From: a virus
Lineage: Duplodnaviria; Heunggongvirae; Uroviricota; Caudoviricetes
Virus record (IMG/VR): IMGVR_UViG_3300020045_008999
Span: 352,001 to 416,000 of that record
Length of the DNA stretch: 64,000 nt
Direction: 5' to 3' (one strand)
Positions 29,520 through 39,966 of the stretch are shown one piece after another. The notes under the pieces were generated by a model. That model did not search any database and was not told where the DNA came from. It worked only from the letters and a program-made list of their open reading frames with translations. The position numbers and the translations under genes are program-made. The first letter of the stretch is position 1; the number at the start of each line of letters is the position of its first letter.

Positions 29520-29942
29520 ATGATGAACTATAATATTAAGAATATATTATTGGCAATAATGGTTGCAATTTCGGTTTTCTTTTTTTATAAATGGTATTTC
29601 AGTACAGATGAAGTAGATGCTGCGGAAATTGCTGAACTCAAAACAGAAAATGTTAAAATTGAAAAAGAACGTGATAGTTTGATGCAAGCAAAAGATTCTA
29701 TCGTGTTACACTCTGAGGAATTAGAACGTATAGTGGTTATCAATCAGACCAGTGTATTAGAACTACGTAAACAATTGGTGGAACTTGAATATAATTTAGG
29801 CGAGGCTAAAACTGAATTGGTTAAATCACAAATTGAAATCGCGCTGAGTCTAAAAGAAATTGCCGATTTAAAAGCTCACCCGAATAAGAGAACCGGTGAG
29901 GAATTATTAAATTCTCTTGCTGAAAAAATAAAAAGAAATTAA
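29520..29942 (+). CDS. Membrane-anchored coiled-coil protein (i-spanin-like topology)
   Basis: N-terminal TM, long heptad region, late promoter at 29493-29501. Confidence 0.55.
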   Translation: MMNYNIKNILLAIMVAISVFFFYKWYFSTDEVDAAEIAELKTENVKIEKERDSLMQAKDSIVLHSEELERIVVINQTSVLELRKQLVELEYNLGEAKTELVKSQIEIALSLKEIADLKAHPNKRTGEELLNSLAEKIKRN

Positions 29943-30430
29943 TGAAAAATCTAATATACATTTTTATACTATTATTCTCGTTTATAGGTACCTATGCACA
30001 GGGAATGAAAACCCCAAGATTTCATATTGTTGAAAAGGATACACTGGGTGTATTAATATCAATATCAGATGCACAGAAGTTGGACAATGATGGTGATATT
30101 TTAAAAATATATGAACAGTTGGCACTTGACTATGATACAACAGGCTATAAATATTTGACAATCATAGATAATATGGGAAAACAAATAGCAACGCTAAAGT
30201 TGGAAATTACTAAAAATGGTACAATAATAGCAACACAGGCCGATCTTATTACAGACCTTAAACGAATCATAGCAATTTATGAGACCGATCGGGATTTATC
30301 AAATTTACAAGCTGCTAATAATGTAAATATTATTAAAAATTTAGAAAAGAAAGTGAAACGATCATTTTGGCAAAAAATAGGTGGGTCATCGGTTGCTTTG
30401 GTAGTTATTGGATTTTTAATACTTAAATAA
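29942..30430 (+). CDS. Signal-peptide coiled-coil protein with C-terminal TM (spanin-partner-like)
   Basis: MKNLIYIFILLFSFIGTYA|Q signal peptide, coiled coil, C-terminal hydrophobic helix; TAATG overlap with upstream gene. Confidence 0.55.
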   Translation: MKNLIYIFILLFSFIGTYAQGMKTPRFHIVEKDTLGVLISISDAQKLDNDGDILKIYEQLALDYDTTGYKYLTIIDNMGKQIATLKLEITKNGTIIATQADLITDLKRIIAIYETDRDLSNLQAANNVNIIKNLEKKVKRSFWQKIGGSSVALVVIGFLILK

Positions 30431-30482
30431 CCAAAATTACGTTTTATAAATATAATATATAATAAAAATAGATTTTATAAAA

Positions 30483-30995
30483 ATGAAACACGTTAGAAAT
30501 TACGAAGCTCATAAAAGTTTGAAGAATAATGTATCTGAAACAGTTCTGCCTATGGATGATGGGTTTGTGATTGTTACAACGGTAACAATTCCTAAATCAA
30601 TGATTAATTCATATGTTAAAAAAGTTAAGGATTTAACTGGTCAGGATTTGAAATCAATATATGGTGAGCAAACAATTGGTGAGGAATTGGTGAAATATGT
30701 TCACAAAACATTTCTTGATACTGATCAATTACCCGCAAATGCATTAACTGGTGGTCCGGATCCACAAGTTCAAGTTCAGGTACAAGGTGAGCCACAGGCG
30801 CAAATTGAGCCACAGGTTCAACCACAGGTTCAGCCACAAGTTCAGCCACAGGTTCAAGCACAAGCTCAACCAGTACAAGGTCAGGCAGAAGTTCAAACAC
30901 AAGTACAAGGCCAAGCAGCACAAGATGAGTTTGAAGATGTACAGGCCCAAGATGATGCGGAAGTACAGGAAGAAAATAATGATCTACCAATATAA
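30483..30995 (+). CDS. Gln/Val/Pro-rich protein with MKHVRNYE start (putative head/scaffold-associated)
   Basis: 170 aa; QPQV repeats; acidic tail; late promoter 30453-30461. Confidence 0.75.
   Translation: MKHVRNYEAHKSLKNNVSETVLPMDDGFVIVTTVTIPKSMINSYVKKVKDLTGQDLKSIYGEQTIGEELVKYVHKTFLDTDQLPANALTGGPDPQVQVQVQGEPQAQIEPQVQPQVQPQVQPQVQAQAQPVQGQAEVQTQVQGQAAQDEFEDVQAQDDAEVQEENNDLPI
30762..30905 (+). repeat. Degenerate 12-nt tandem repeat encoding (QPQV)n
   Basis: cagccacaggtt / caaccacaggtt units. Confidence 0.8.
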
Positions 30996-31066
30996 AGGTA
31001 GTACATAACATAAAAAAAGTTGGACTAGTTCCAACTTTTTTTATGTGAATATTTAATATATACGGT

Positions 31067-31699
31067 ATGAATTATATTAAACTTTTTGAAAATTATAAAA
31101 ATAGTAGCTTATTGATAATAGATGTCCAAAAATCATTTAAGGATTTTTTCACAGAACAATATGTTATTGAGTTAAAAAAATATGCAAAGTCATTCAGTAA
31201 TGTTTACCAAGTGTGGGATAATCACGTGGATGGTAAGGATGTTGATTTAGATTACTTATATGATAGTGAGCCAGATATCCCAATGCATAGTGATTTATAT
31301 CGATTTCCAAATGAGATTGAAATTATTGAAAAGCGATACAATTATGATGTTGATATTGATTTTTATAAAAGTATTATAAGTAACGAAGATTATAAACGAA
31401 TTTCCGATATGGTCAATGGCAACACAATAAAGCCAGGTGATTATGTACAAACCAATAAAGGTACTATAATTGTTTATATAGGAAACAAACATATATATTT
31501 TCACTGTCCTAAGAAATTGTATGATATTCTATCTACTGTAAAAGAAAATCAAATGAATGGCGCGGCAGAAGACTTGATAGTGGTTGGTGGTAGTGATAGT
31601 GAATGTTTAGAAGATGTAGTTATATGTGCTAAGGCTATGGGTGTTCGCATTACTAGAAATAATCAATATATTTACACGGCAACAAATTGCCCAATTTAA
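31067..31699 (+). CDS. Isochorismatase/cysteine hydrolase family protein
   Basis: LLIIDVQKSF (Asp), IEKRY (Lys), VVGG.DSECLEDV (Cys) triad. Confidence 0.75.
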   Translation: MNYIKLFENYKNSSLLIIDVQKSFKDFFTEQYVIELKKYAKSFSNVYQVWDNHVDGKDVDLDYLYDSEPDIPMHSDLYRFPNEIEIIEKRYNYDVDIDFYKSIISNEDYKRISDMVNGNTIKPGDYVQTNKGTIIVYIGNKHIYFHCPKKLYDILSTVKENQMNGAAEDLIVVGGSDSECLEDVVICAKAMGVRITRNNQYIYTATNCPI

Positions 31700-31731
31700 A
31701 ACCAAAAACACCAAATATTTGGTGTTTTTTA

Positions 31732-32118
31732 TTAAATATTATATCTTTTACCAATCTCGGCATATACCTTGTAATCGCTTATTTCAAAATTTATAATCAT
31801 TATTTCACGAAAATCTGTTAAGTCTTCTATGAATACTACATCTAATTTGTACCCAATGTTTATGATCTCCGGTATATAATTTAAAATTTGGGTGGTTAGT
31901 ATTTTTTTAATTTGTGACGCGGCAACTTTGGTTTGGTATAAATAATGTAACAAATCACCGCCGAAATCATAATCACCTAAAACTTCACCTTTGTTCGTGA
32001 AAATTATCATTTCCCATTTTTGGATAACCACTCGCATAACATCATCTTCGATAAGTTTACTATCTGTGTATTTTGGATGTCCGGGATATTGGATGTAAAA
32101 ATCATTATAATCTACCAT
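31732..32118 (-). CDS. gp25: Baseplate wedge subunit, gp25-like
   Basis: IIFTNKGEVLGDYDFGGDLLHYLY...ILNYIPEI. Confidence 0.8.
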   Translation of the reverse strand: MVDYNDFYIQYPGHPKYTDSKLIEDDVMRVVIQKWEMIIFTNKGEVLGDYDFGGDLLHYLYQTKVAASQIKKILTTQILNYIPEIINIGYKLDVVFIEDLTDFREIMIINFEISDYKVYAEIGKRYNI

Positions 32119-32121
32119 TCA

Positions 32122-33093
32122 CTATATATTAAAAACTTTTCTCACCTCACCAATGAAAGATACACCAATTACGATTGGGTCAGTTTGGCTTTCTAATAAC
32201 TTGGTGTATTTACAAACTATTGGAAATACTTCAAACAATTTTTCAACATCTAACTTATTTTGTATGGCATAATCCATTAGTGATGAGCCAAATTGTGAAA
32301 TCATCGAATCAATTTTAGTTGGACCAAACGTGTCCATTACGAAATGATATGTGTCGTTAAAATTGGTACCATTGAAAGTAATATTGAATAGTTGATTCCT
32401 TGCTTGTGAATTTATATTACCCGACGAATTTATGACCCCATTTAGTTTGAAATCGTCCAATGCTATGAGTGATGCGCGCATATCTGGTGCATTTTTAAGA
32501 ACAATTTTCTTGATATCATCAATATGAATTGTGATATTTTCAATTTCTGCAATTTTTACCATTTTTCTAACCAATGATATCATTACTTTATTTGACTCTT
32601 CTTTTGATTCCGAATCAAAATTTACTTTAGTGAATCTCGACAAGATGCCAGGTGATATTTTCCCAATGTAGTTAGTGACCAATATAAAGCGAACATTTCT
32701 CGCTGAATATTCTTCTACGAATACTTTCATTGCGTCTTGTGCAGCTTGACTCATTCGTTCATATTCATCCATGAATACATACTTGATGTCATTTTTATTG
32801 TTCCCGACTAAGTCAAAGCCCATGGGGATGCTTGAACAGAATGATTCCACTTTTGTTCTGATTACATCAATCGATGTTTCCTTGGAGCTATTTAATTCCA
32901 AAAAAGCTTTGTCTTTAGTGTACTTTCCGATTAAAATTCTAGCAAGAGAAGTTTTGCCGGTTCCGAAATGTCCGTATAAAATAATGTTACGGTCTAGTAT
33001 ACCATCTATGAATAAATTTCTTATTCTATCTGGTAACACTAAATCATCTATCGTTTTTGGTCGGTATTTCTCGCTTAATAGTAGTTCTTTCAT
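32122..33093 (-). CDS. gp44: Clamp loader AAA+ subunit (T4 gp44/RFC-like)
   Basis: EKYRPKTIDDL, GHFGTGKTS, ELNSS, MDEYE, ILSRF, DMR. Confidence 0.92.
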   Translation of the reverse strand: MKELLLSEKYRPKTIDDLVLPDRIRNLFIDGILDRNIILYGHFGTGKTSLARILIGKYTKDKAFLELNSSKETSIDVIRTKVESFCSSIPMGFDLVGNNKNDIKYVFMDEYERMSQAAQDAMKVFVEEYSARNVRFILVTNYIGKISPGILSRFTKVNFDSESKEESNKVMISLVRKMVKIAEIENITIHIDDIKKIVLKNAPDMRASLIALDDFKLNGVINSSGNINSQARNQLFNITFNGTNFNDTYHFVMDTFGPTKIDSMISQFGSSLMDYAIQNKLDVEKLFEVFPIVCKYTKLLESQTDPIVIGVSFIGEVRKVFNI

Positions 33094-33145
33094 TGGTATA
33101 ATGTTTATTTAATATATATGATACACAAAAAAAATAAAATAGTTT

Positions 33146-33850
33146 ATGGTTGGTGATAAATTTAATATGAAAGATACTTTTTTCAGGGACCTTACCGTGT
33201 CAGTTTTGGATAAGTTTGAATCACAAATTAGGTGGGTAAACCGCTTTTCATCTGGTGACGTTAGTGTAATTGTACCATTTTTCTATTCATTGACAGGTGA
33301 TGAACGATTTTTGATGGATGCATTTGTTGATGATGTGGTTTCATGTAATCGGTTTACTGAATTTAACACCGATCGAATTCCCAGAGGACATATTACAATG
33401 TCTGGTATCGATATACTCTCGGATGAATTTGCAAATCCAAATGTGTGGTTAAAAAATGTAATTGAGGAAGAATCGGAATTGCGTAGCGTATTAACTAAAA
33501 TAAGAGCAATCCCAATGAGTATAAGGTATAGTACTAAAATTATATTATCTAGTGAACAAGATGTGTTTAATGCACAGGCATCACTATTAGACACACTATG
33601 GTTATATAATTTTTTAAATTTTGAATTCAATGGTATGTATATTGATGCAGTTATTATGCTACCAGATAGTAATCAAATAAATATAAACCGCGAAATAAAC
33701 ATTGGCACTGATAATAGTATAAGTATTGACTTTGACTTTGAGGTACAAACTTATTATCCAGCATTTAGGAAAGACAACCTGGGTGATGCAAATAACCGAG
33801 GTAGTAGCAACGCAAAGCTACCTACGAGATGGAATAATATTATAGAATAA
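33146..33850 (+). CDS. gp15: Tail completion/sheath stabiliser, T4 gp15-like
   Basis: FFRDLTV..F, IVPFFY, IPRGHI, FEVQTYYP; late promoter. Confidence 0.55.
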   Translation: MVGDKFNMKDTFFRDLTVSVLDKFESQIRWVNRFSSGDVSVIVPFFYSLTGDERFLMDAFVDDVVSCNRFTEFNTDRIPRGHITMSGIDILSDEFANPNVWLKNVIEEESELRSVLTKIRAIPMSIRYSTKIILSSEQDVFNAQASLLDTLWLYNFLNFEFNGMYIDAVIMLPDSNQININREINIGTDNSISIDFDFEVQTYYPAFRKDNLGDANNRGSSNAKLPTRWNNIIE

Positions 33851-33922
33851 AAGTGGAAAAAAATGGATTTTTAAACTTAATATATACACTATAAAACATA
33901 CAAAAAATAATTATTTGTTATT

Positions 33923-35206
33923 ATGAAGAATATCAAATTGGAGTTATTCAACTTTAAAAAAACCTTGACATTAGATCAAGAGGACATATCCAGAATTGTA
34001 GAAAGTCACATAGATATATGTAACGACTATTCCGAAAAGCAGATAATTGCCTCATTGGATGTTAGGTTAAAGCCTTATACATATGACCGAGATGTGAAAT
34101 CATTATTAGAATCATTGAATGATGATTTTAGTCAATATCAATTAGTATATGAATTGAAACACTTGTATAGTGTTTTAAATACTAAGAACCAAGGTGAGCT
34201 ATATAGACAACCTATTAATGTTCTTTTACAGACAATTAATGTTGAATCTGATGAAGACAGAATGTCAATGGTCCTTAACGAATTAGCTATATATGACTGG
34301 GTGCCTGAAATCAAACTTTTCGTGCACAATTTGACAAAATCACCAGAGCAAAAAAGTAATTTATTATCAGGTGGTAAATCTGAATCAATCTATACGATCG
34401 TTGAGAGTGTTGAGGGTGGTCATGTTGCATATGTTAATGACTCATGGTTTTTCCTAGGTGAGGATGTTATTGAGAAAACACAACTTTCAGTACATGTTAA
34501 GGATACTGATAAATTGAGAGTTCTTAATATGTTAGAAACTGCAATGAGTTACGCTACTGTTAGTGAAGAAAGAATCGATTTTAGAGTAAGTGAGGGTTTA
34601 ACTATTGGGATTTCAGTTGCCAAAGAGGGAACAATATTTATCAATGAAGATGAAATGAACCAAGAAACTACGCTAGAGAGTTTATTTAGTTCGCCGATTA
34701 TTCCGATCGTAAATAGAAATTTTTATCCATTATTATTGGAAACGATTAACAATGTTGATAAATTTATAGAATTGGATATTGTAAAGAGAATTACCAATTT
34801 AATTAATCCATATTTAGAAGCATATGCATTTAACTACAAAGAATCAATTTATTTATATCGTTGTGACGAAAGATGTGGTAAGAATTTTTACAAATACGAA
34901 GACTCAATGAGTTTAGTAAATGAAGTTAGAAATGAATTAAATTGTGACTTGACATTTTTTTATGAAGATAAAATTGATAAGGAAGTTATCACTAAAAGAC
35001 GATTGGAGGATAAAGAAAGAGAAATAACATTAAAATTGGAAGATGTTAATTTTAATATTTCTAAAGTAATTACCTCTCTTGATTATATTGGTGAATCAGC
35101 AGTTTTGGAAACAGCATTATCAAATTTGAACAGTAGAAAAAACGCATTGGAAGATGAGTTGCAACAAACTGTTGAAGCAAAATATTCTGAACGAATTCGT
35201 AAATAA
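33923..35206 (+). CDS. Hypothetical late protein with C-terminal coiled coil
   Basis: 427 aa; late promoter 33878-33886. Confidence 0.75.
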   Translation: MKNIKLELFNFKKTLTLDQEDISRIVESHIDICNDYSEKQIIASLDVRLKPYTYDRDVKSLLESLNDDFSQYQLVYELKHLYSVLNTKNQGELYRQPINVLLQTINVESDEDRMSMVLNELAIYDWVPEIKLFVHNLTKSPEQKSNLLSGGKSESIYTIVESVEGGHVAYVNDSWFFLGEDVIEKTQLSVHVKDTDKLRVLNMLETAMSYATVSEERIDFRVSEGLTIGISVAKEGTIFINEDEMNQETTLESLFSSPIIPIVNRNFYPLLLETINNVDKFIELDIVKRITNLINPYLEAYAFNYKESIYLYRCDERCGKNFYKYEDSMSLVNEVRNELNCDLTFFYEDKIDKEVITKRRLEDKEREITLKLEDVNFNISKVITSLDYIGESAVLETALSNLNSRKNALEDELQQTVEAKYSERIRK

Positions 35207-35265
35207 AAAAACATTAAAAAACAACAAAAACTTCGATTAATATTGGAGTTTTTGTTGTTTATATC

Positions 35266-35293
35266 AAACTTTTTTATGATTGTTTACTATAAG
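35266..35293 (+). promoter_or_regulatory. AAACTT-N16-TATAAG promoter of late sigma gene
   Basis: aaactt 35266-35271, tataag 35288-35293. Confidence 0.6.
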
Positions 35294-35333
35294 TATTATA
35301 CCAATTAAATTTGGAAAAAACTAATTAACTTTA

Positions 35334-35699
35334 ATGTATTTACAAAACAAAGATTTATACTATGAAATAATCGTTTCAAAGGCTCAGGGCAAATTAACAA
35401 GAAATGCAAAATTGATGCTAGAATTATTAGCAAAGCGTACTATTAAGAAAATGCGTTACTGGAGTAATGATGATCGAATGGATTGTTTCCAATCCGGCAT
35501 CCTTGATTTATTCGCAAATTGGCATAATTATAATGATGAAAAATCAGATAATCCATTTGCTTATTTTACTGAAATTTTTAAAAGGGGTGCAGCTAAGGAA
35601 TTTAATTCGTTGTATAAGAAAAAGGGTGATGCTGAACATAGAATTAAACTAATAAGTATTGAATCATCAAATGATGGTCAGGGCTTACATTCTATATAA
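35334..35699 (+). CDS. gp55: Late-transcription sigma factor, T4 gp55-like
   Basis: YLQNKDL, DDRMDC, YNDEKSDNPFAYFTEI. Confidence 0.88.
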   Translation: MYLQNKDLYYEIIVSKAQGKLTRNAKLMLELLAKRTIKKMRYWSNDDRMDCFQSGILDLFANWHNYNDEKSDNPFAYFTEIFKRGAAKEFNSLYKKKGDAEHRIKLISIESSNDGQGLHSI

Positions 35700-35725
35700 A
35701 AGGCCGGGATTTCCCGGCCTTTTTT
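35699..35725. terminator. Bidirectional intrinsic terminator
   Basis: aaaggccggga-tt-tcccggccttttt. Confidence 0.85.
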
Positions 35726-35727
35726 GT

Positions 35728-37962
35728 CTATAATTCATTTACTTGGTCCATGTTATGTAATACACGTTCATTGAAGTAATCATCGTCATAACTGGTGTAA
35801 TTATCATCACTTGGATATCTAAGTGATCCATGTTCATTTATGTACGTGTTTATAATATCGCTTGAATCGAAATCTATACCAGCATAATCAATTACTTCGA
35901 CTAAGCCAACTTTTTCAAGCATGTAAAATGCATCAAACAGCAATACTATATTACCTTCGATCCATTTTGTGACATTTTTTCCATCCTTGTGGTACTGGAA
36001 AATATCAGATAATTTATCATCTAAATTTTTATAAAATTCATCAGATGACTTAGACTCAGTTGCGTCCATTGCTGATCGCCCAAGTACTCTCTTTACCCCA
36101 TCGTAAGAATCGTCTTCCGCTTCTATTGCATCTTCTACCGATTGTTTCAGATATTTCAATGCAACATGTGCTTCATCACGGTAAATTTTATTAGATTCGT
36201 ATAAATTCATTTTTAAAAATTCATCAACATTATATAAGTTATAATTTTCTTCTTGTATTTCAATCAAATCATTATCAGCATAGTATTTATAAATTTTTAA
36301 AATTGAGGATATATTTAAGTCGGTCATGCAATATTCCCAGTCATTATCAGTACCTTCATGGTAGAAATGATCCCCAATATCCTCTAAATCTAAGTCCCCG
36401 TCGAAATACTGTCCCAGGTCGCCATATCCGGATAATTTAATCTCGGATACCATATCCTCATTTAAATCTAACTTCTTTTTGATTAGATCCTTGTAGTGGT
36501 TATTTATATCGGTACCGGGTGGTGTATTGGTGTATGCAACAAATTCAAAAGCAGTATTATCCCATCCTTTGCGCACATTTAGTAGTTCGATAATTCTACC
36601 ATATGATGCAAATTTATCTGGGAAATTATAAAAAGAATTATCATCAACATCATCTTCACCTGGTATGAATTTTTCTAAATCGTCTACTTTAATGTTGCTG
36701 TCCATTACTACTTCTTTCAGCACATTTAACATATCGGTATCTTCTTTGGGTATGGCATCCATGACACATATTAATATAAGTATTGCCAGTGATTGATTGT
36801 CTATATAAAACGAATCACCTAATGGTTCAAAGAAAACTGAACTATCAAACCCATCACTAAATAAATTCGCGGTTTTTTCGAGTTCGACTGCTATCGATTT
36901 AGATGCCAGTGTTGTAAATTCTTCATTTGACAATAACGCTTCAAGTGTTTCGGTGCTATGAATTGATGATATTTCAATTACTTTATGAAATATATTTTCA
37001 CTTGAACTAATCTCTTTAATTATATCCATAAAAATATTGTCAAACATTTCTTTTTGAATTCCAGTAGTTTTATAAATATGATCCAGATTGAAATATGAAT
37101 TTTCTCGATCTTGACAACCACCATACATTGGCTCATCATTAATATCTATACTGATGCCCAATAAACTATAACGATGTGATTGTGGCAAATTGAAATTAAA
37201 TAATAAATACTGTGTGCCTAAGTTTTCACCCCCCACATATTCATCAAAGTAACTATCTGGTGCGTATACAATACACCATCTCTGTGACCCTAGTTTGATA
37301 ATCAATTCTCTGTTGTTGGATTGGATTAATAATACGTTTTCCGAATCATATACTATTTTAGCATCAGTGGTTTTTTCAACTACACTTAGCACCCCGGCCC
37401 TGGATGAATTAACGCTGCCGTTTTTTACAAAATTAGTAATTGCATTGATGAAGTCCCCAATACTAAGACTATTAGCTTCAAAATATTTAAGTGGTGGAAA
37501 TTGTTTGCGAATATCATCTGGTAATAACATGAATTCGATTACTGTTGCGTCTAATTCATTCTTAACATTGGTACTAAGTCGTTCAATTTTATCTTTCATT
37601 GATCTATATAAAGATCCATAAAATTTATCACAAAGATGTGCTGTTTCAACTCTCTTAATATCGTCTTGAAGTTCCTCAATTGACGTATAATCGTGTATTC
37701 CCTTTGGTAGCTTATTGGCCAAATGTGCTTTATTCAACATCCAATCCGCAACATCATTAAATTGTGCTTCGGTTCCATGTATTTTACCATCATCACTTAC
37801 CATCATTTTGGTAAATATGTATATAAAATTTGGTTTTTTCACAAATTTATCTTTTATGAATGACAGCTTACTTTCCATATTAGATAATCCATTTGCTGCT
37901 AAATACTCACGCATTTGTTTAATATTCTCTGTTATTAGAAATTCTTTTAATTTAATTATCAT
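35728..37962 (-). CDS. Large acidic protein, paralog of 39967..42180 (putative internal head protein)
   Basis: MIIKLKEFLITE start; shares FPPLKYFEAN, RWCIVYAPDSYFD, GGCQDREN with paralog. Confidence 0.8.
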   Translation of the reverse strand: MIIKLKEFLITENIKQMREYLAANGLSNMESKLSFIKDKFVKKPNFIYIFTKMMVSDDGKIHGTEAQFNDVADWMLNKAHLANKLPKGIHDYTSIEELQDDIKRVETAHLCDKFYGSLYRSMKDKIERLSTNVKNELDATVIEFMLLPDDIRKQFPPLKYFEANSLSIGDFINAITNFVKNGSVNSSRAGVLSVVEKTTDAKIVYDSENVLLIQSNNRELIIKLGSQRWCIVYAPDSYFDEYVGGENLGTQYLLFNFNLPQSHRYSLLGISIDINDEPMYGGCQDRENSYFNLDHIYKTTGIQKEMFDNIFMDIIKEISSSENIFHKVIEISSIHSTETLEALLSNEEFTTLASKSIAVELEKTANLFSDGFDSSVFFEPLGDSFYIDNQSLAILILICVMDAIPKEDTDMLNVLKEVVMDSNIKVDDLEKFIPGEDDVDDNSFYNFPDKFASYGRIIELLNVRKGWDNTAFEFVAYTNTPPGTDINNHYKDLIKKKLDLNEDMVSEIKLSGYGDLGQYFDGDLDLEDIGDHFYHEGTDNDWEYCMTDLNISSILKIYKYYADNDLIEIQEENYNLYNVDEFLKMNLYESNKIYRDEAHVALKYLKQSVEDAIEAEDDSYDGVKRVLGRSAMDATESKSSDEFYKNLDDKLSDIFQYHKDGKNVTKWIEGNIVLLFDAFYMLEKVGLVEVIDYAGIDFDSSDIINTYINEHGSLRYPSDDNYTSYDDDYFNERVLHNMDQVNEL

Positions 37963-37968
37963 GGGTAT

Positions 37969-38646
37969 CTAGTCTTTTTGGAAATCGTATATTGATAGTG
38001 CATTTTCATTATCAAGTATGTAGCTAAATAATCGTTCTGTATCTGATAGTATTTTTTTAAGTTTAAAATTAATTACTATCGTGAATATTTTCCACATGTT
38101 AACATAGTCTGTTTCTGATAAAACTTCTATTACAGCACCACTATCAGATGGCATGAAGCTCACGAAGCCAGACCTTGACGAATATTCCGTTTTTAGATAG
38201 TCCATGAAATCTTGTGAATCTAACAATTTTAGAACCAATTTGGTAAAATATTCAACATCAATATTTATAATAAAATCAACTTCGTCATTTACACTCATGG
38301 TAGTTCGTACTCTACTAACCCCGGATGCTTTTATCGAATTTATCCCAGGGAACTCATTTTTTAATTCAGAGAATAATTCAGTATCAATCCACCGTTGTAT
38401 ATAATTTATAATCATCTTATTGTATTTTTCTGAATCAAATTTTTCTATCATTTCTTCGTGGTGTGACTCGTAATCTTCATCATCATCATCCATATCATCT
38501 TGGTATCCATAATCATATAATAATGCTTCTGGTTCTATTATAGACGCATCGATTATTTCAAATAAATTAGACGAAACCTCAATATCAATAGTTTTCTTAT
38601 CATAATCTGGTGTATTAAATTCCTCGAATATTTTTATGTGTGCCAT
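37969..38646 (-). CDS. Acidic protein with MAHIKIFEEF start
   Basis: 225 aa; late promoter 38668-38676. Confidence 0.75.
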   Translation of the reverse strand: MAHIKIFEEFNTPDYDKKTIDIEVSSNLFEIIDASIIEPEALLYDYGYQDDMDDDDEDYESHHEEMIEKFDSEKYNKMIINYIQRWIDTELFSELKNEFPGINSIKASGVSRVRTTMSVNDEVDFIINIDVEYFTKLVLKLLDSQDFMDYLKTEYSSRSGFVSFMPSDSGAVIEVLSETDYVNMWKIFTIVINFKLKKILSDTERLFSYILDNENALSIYDFQKD

Positions 38647-38711
38647 TTTATGTATTATTTTATCTTGTATATATTAAAAAATATCATTAGGTTTGTATAA
38701 AAAATAAGAAT

Positions 38712-39014
38712 TTGGAAGATGTTAATTTTGCAATAATGCAATATTGGGAGATAAGTGATGTAGAATTTGGCAATATGTCAAATGGATGTAGTTTACACAT
38801 TGATATGATAAGCCATGCTAAGTATGTTGGGGAGATTTATAAATACCGAAGTAGTACCGTAGTTGACTCTGAATATAATAGAATAGTTGGCCTACCGATT
38901 GTAGTTACCATAAATGATGAAATATTTTCGAGATTAGTAGATAGTCGAGATTTGACATTGGAAGAAGTTGAAATGAATAACTTGATAGAATTTGAAGATT
39001 TGATATTAACATAA
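38712..39014 (+). CDS. Hypothetical phage protein
   Basis: QYWEISD..G.MSNGCSLH; TAGGTTTG upstream; TTG start. Confidence 0.65.
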   Translation: MEDVNFAIMQYWEISDVEFGNMSNGCSLHIDMISHAKYVGEIYKYRSSTVVDSEYNRIVGLPIVVTINDEIFSRLVDSRDLTLEEVEMNNLIEFEDLILT

Positions 39015-39021
39015 TTTAAAT

Positions 39022-39417
39022 ATGGTTAAATCTAGTTTATTGCGTAAATTACAAATTGAAATTTTATTAAATAACCAAAGCGAAGTGGTTGATGGTTTCC
39101 GATCAATTATTACTGGTTGTGATGTGGTTACATTAGAAATATTCGACAACGGTGGTGATGAAATTGTGTATTATAAAACTGTTGGTGATAAAAAGAAATT
39201 TGTGATATATCTTAATGTTGAATTTAATCTATTGTTTTTAAGTTATGAGAACTATTATGAAATAGCGCGGGACCTATTAGGACAATGTGACTATGAAGAT
39301 GTATGTGCGATTTCAGCGTTTCTTTTGTCAATTGAACTAAATCATAGTTTATTACCCGCACAAGGAGCATTATCTCACATCGAAAATGATATAAATCGAA
39401 GACTAAATTTGTTGTGA
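39022..39417 (+). CDS. Hypothetical protein
   Basis: 131 aa ORF. Confidence 0.65.
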   Translation: MVKSSLLRKLQIEILLNNQSEVVDGFRSIITGCDVVTLEIFDNGGDEIVYYKTVGDKKKFVIYLNVEFNLLFLSYENYYEIARDLLGQCDYEDVCAISAFLLSIELNHSLLPAQGALSHIENDINRRLNLL

Positions 39418-39927
39418 TTATTTTCGATTTATGTGCTTCTCGGTTAATATAATAAATTCAAACCCTTTTCGCTCGCAGTATTCGATCATATATTTCCACT
39501 TTGACATATTCGCATTGTACATTTTTAAAGAATATTCTAAATTTTTCAATTGTTTCGCATTCATATTTTCTTTGATGATGGGTGGTCTAGTTTCTGAATC
39601 TGGTTTCACTTCGGCAACTACTTTTCGGGTGGTATTGTCTTTCAGTAATATTTCGTAGTAGAAATCTGGGTAATACGTATGTGATGTTTCGATAAATGAT
39701 TGTAATTGAGCGTTCCAAGTTTTTTTAAGATATGGGATTTGTATCCACTCGGCGGACCATCGTATGATAGCTGGATTTTGGTCCAAATAAGTCATCATTT
39801 TTTCCTCTAGTCCACTGCGGTAGTAAAGTCCCCCTTTTCCATTTAGTTTAATTACTTTCATTTTATTCTTTGGTGTGAATAATCCTTGTTTGTATTTTCC
39901 TCCGGATCTAGGCGCGCTATTTATCAT
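39418..39927 (-). CDS. gp4: Head completion nuclease, T4 gp4-like (TnsA N-terminal fold)
   Basis: YKQGLFTPKN, YRSGLE, WSAE.IQIPY, YYPDF, EVKP, KW..CERKGFEFIILTE. Confidence 0.88.
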   Translation of the reverse strand: MINSAPRSGGKYKQGLFTPKNKMKVIKLNGKGGLYYRSGLEEKMMTYLDQNPAIIRWSAEWIQIPYLKKTWNAQLQSFIETSHTYYPDFYYEILLKDNTTRKVVAEVKPDSETRPPIIKENMNAKQLKNLEYSLKMYNANMSKWKYMIEYCERKGFEFIILTEKHINRK

Positions 39928-39966
39928 AATTTCTATTTTTTATTTAGTTATATATTAAAAAACACA

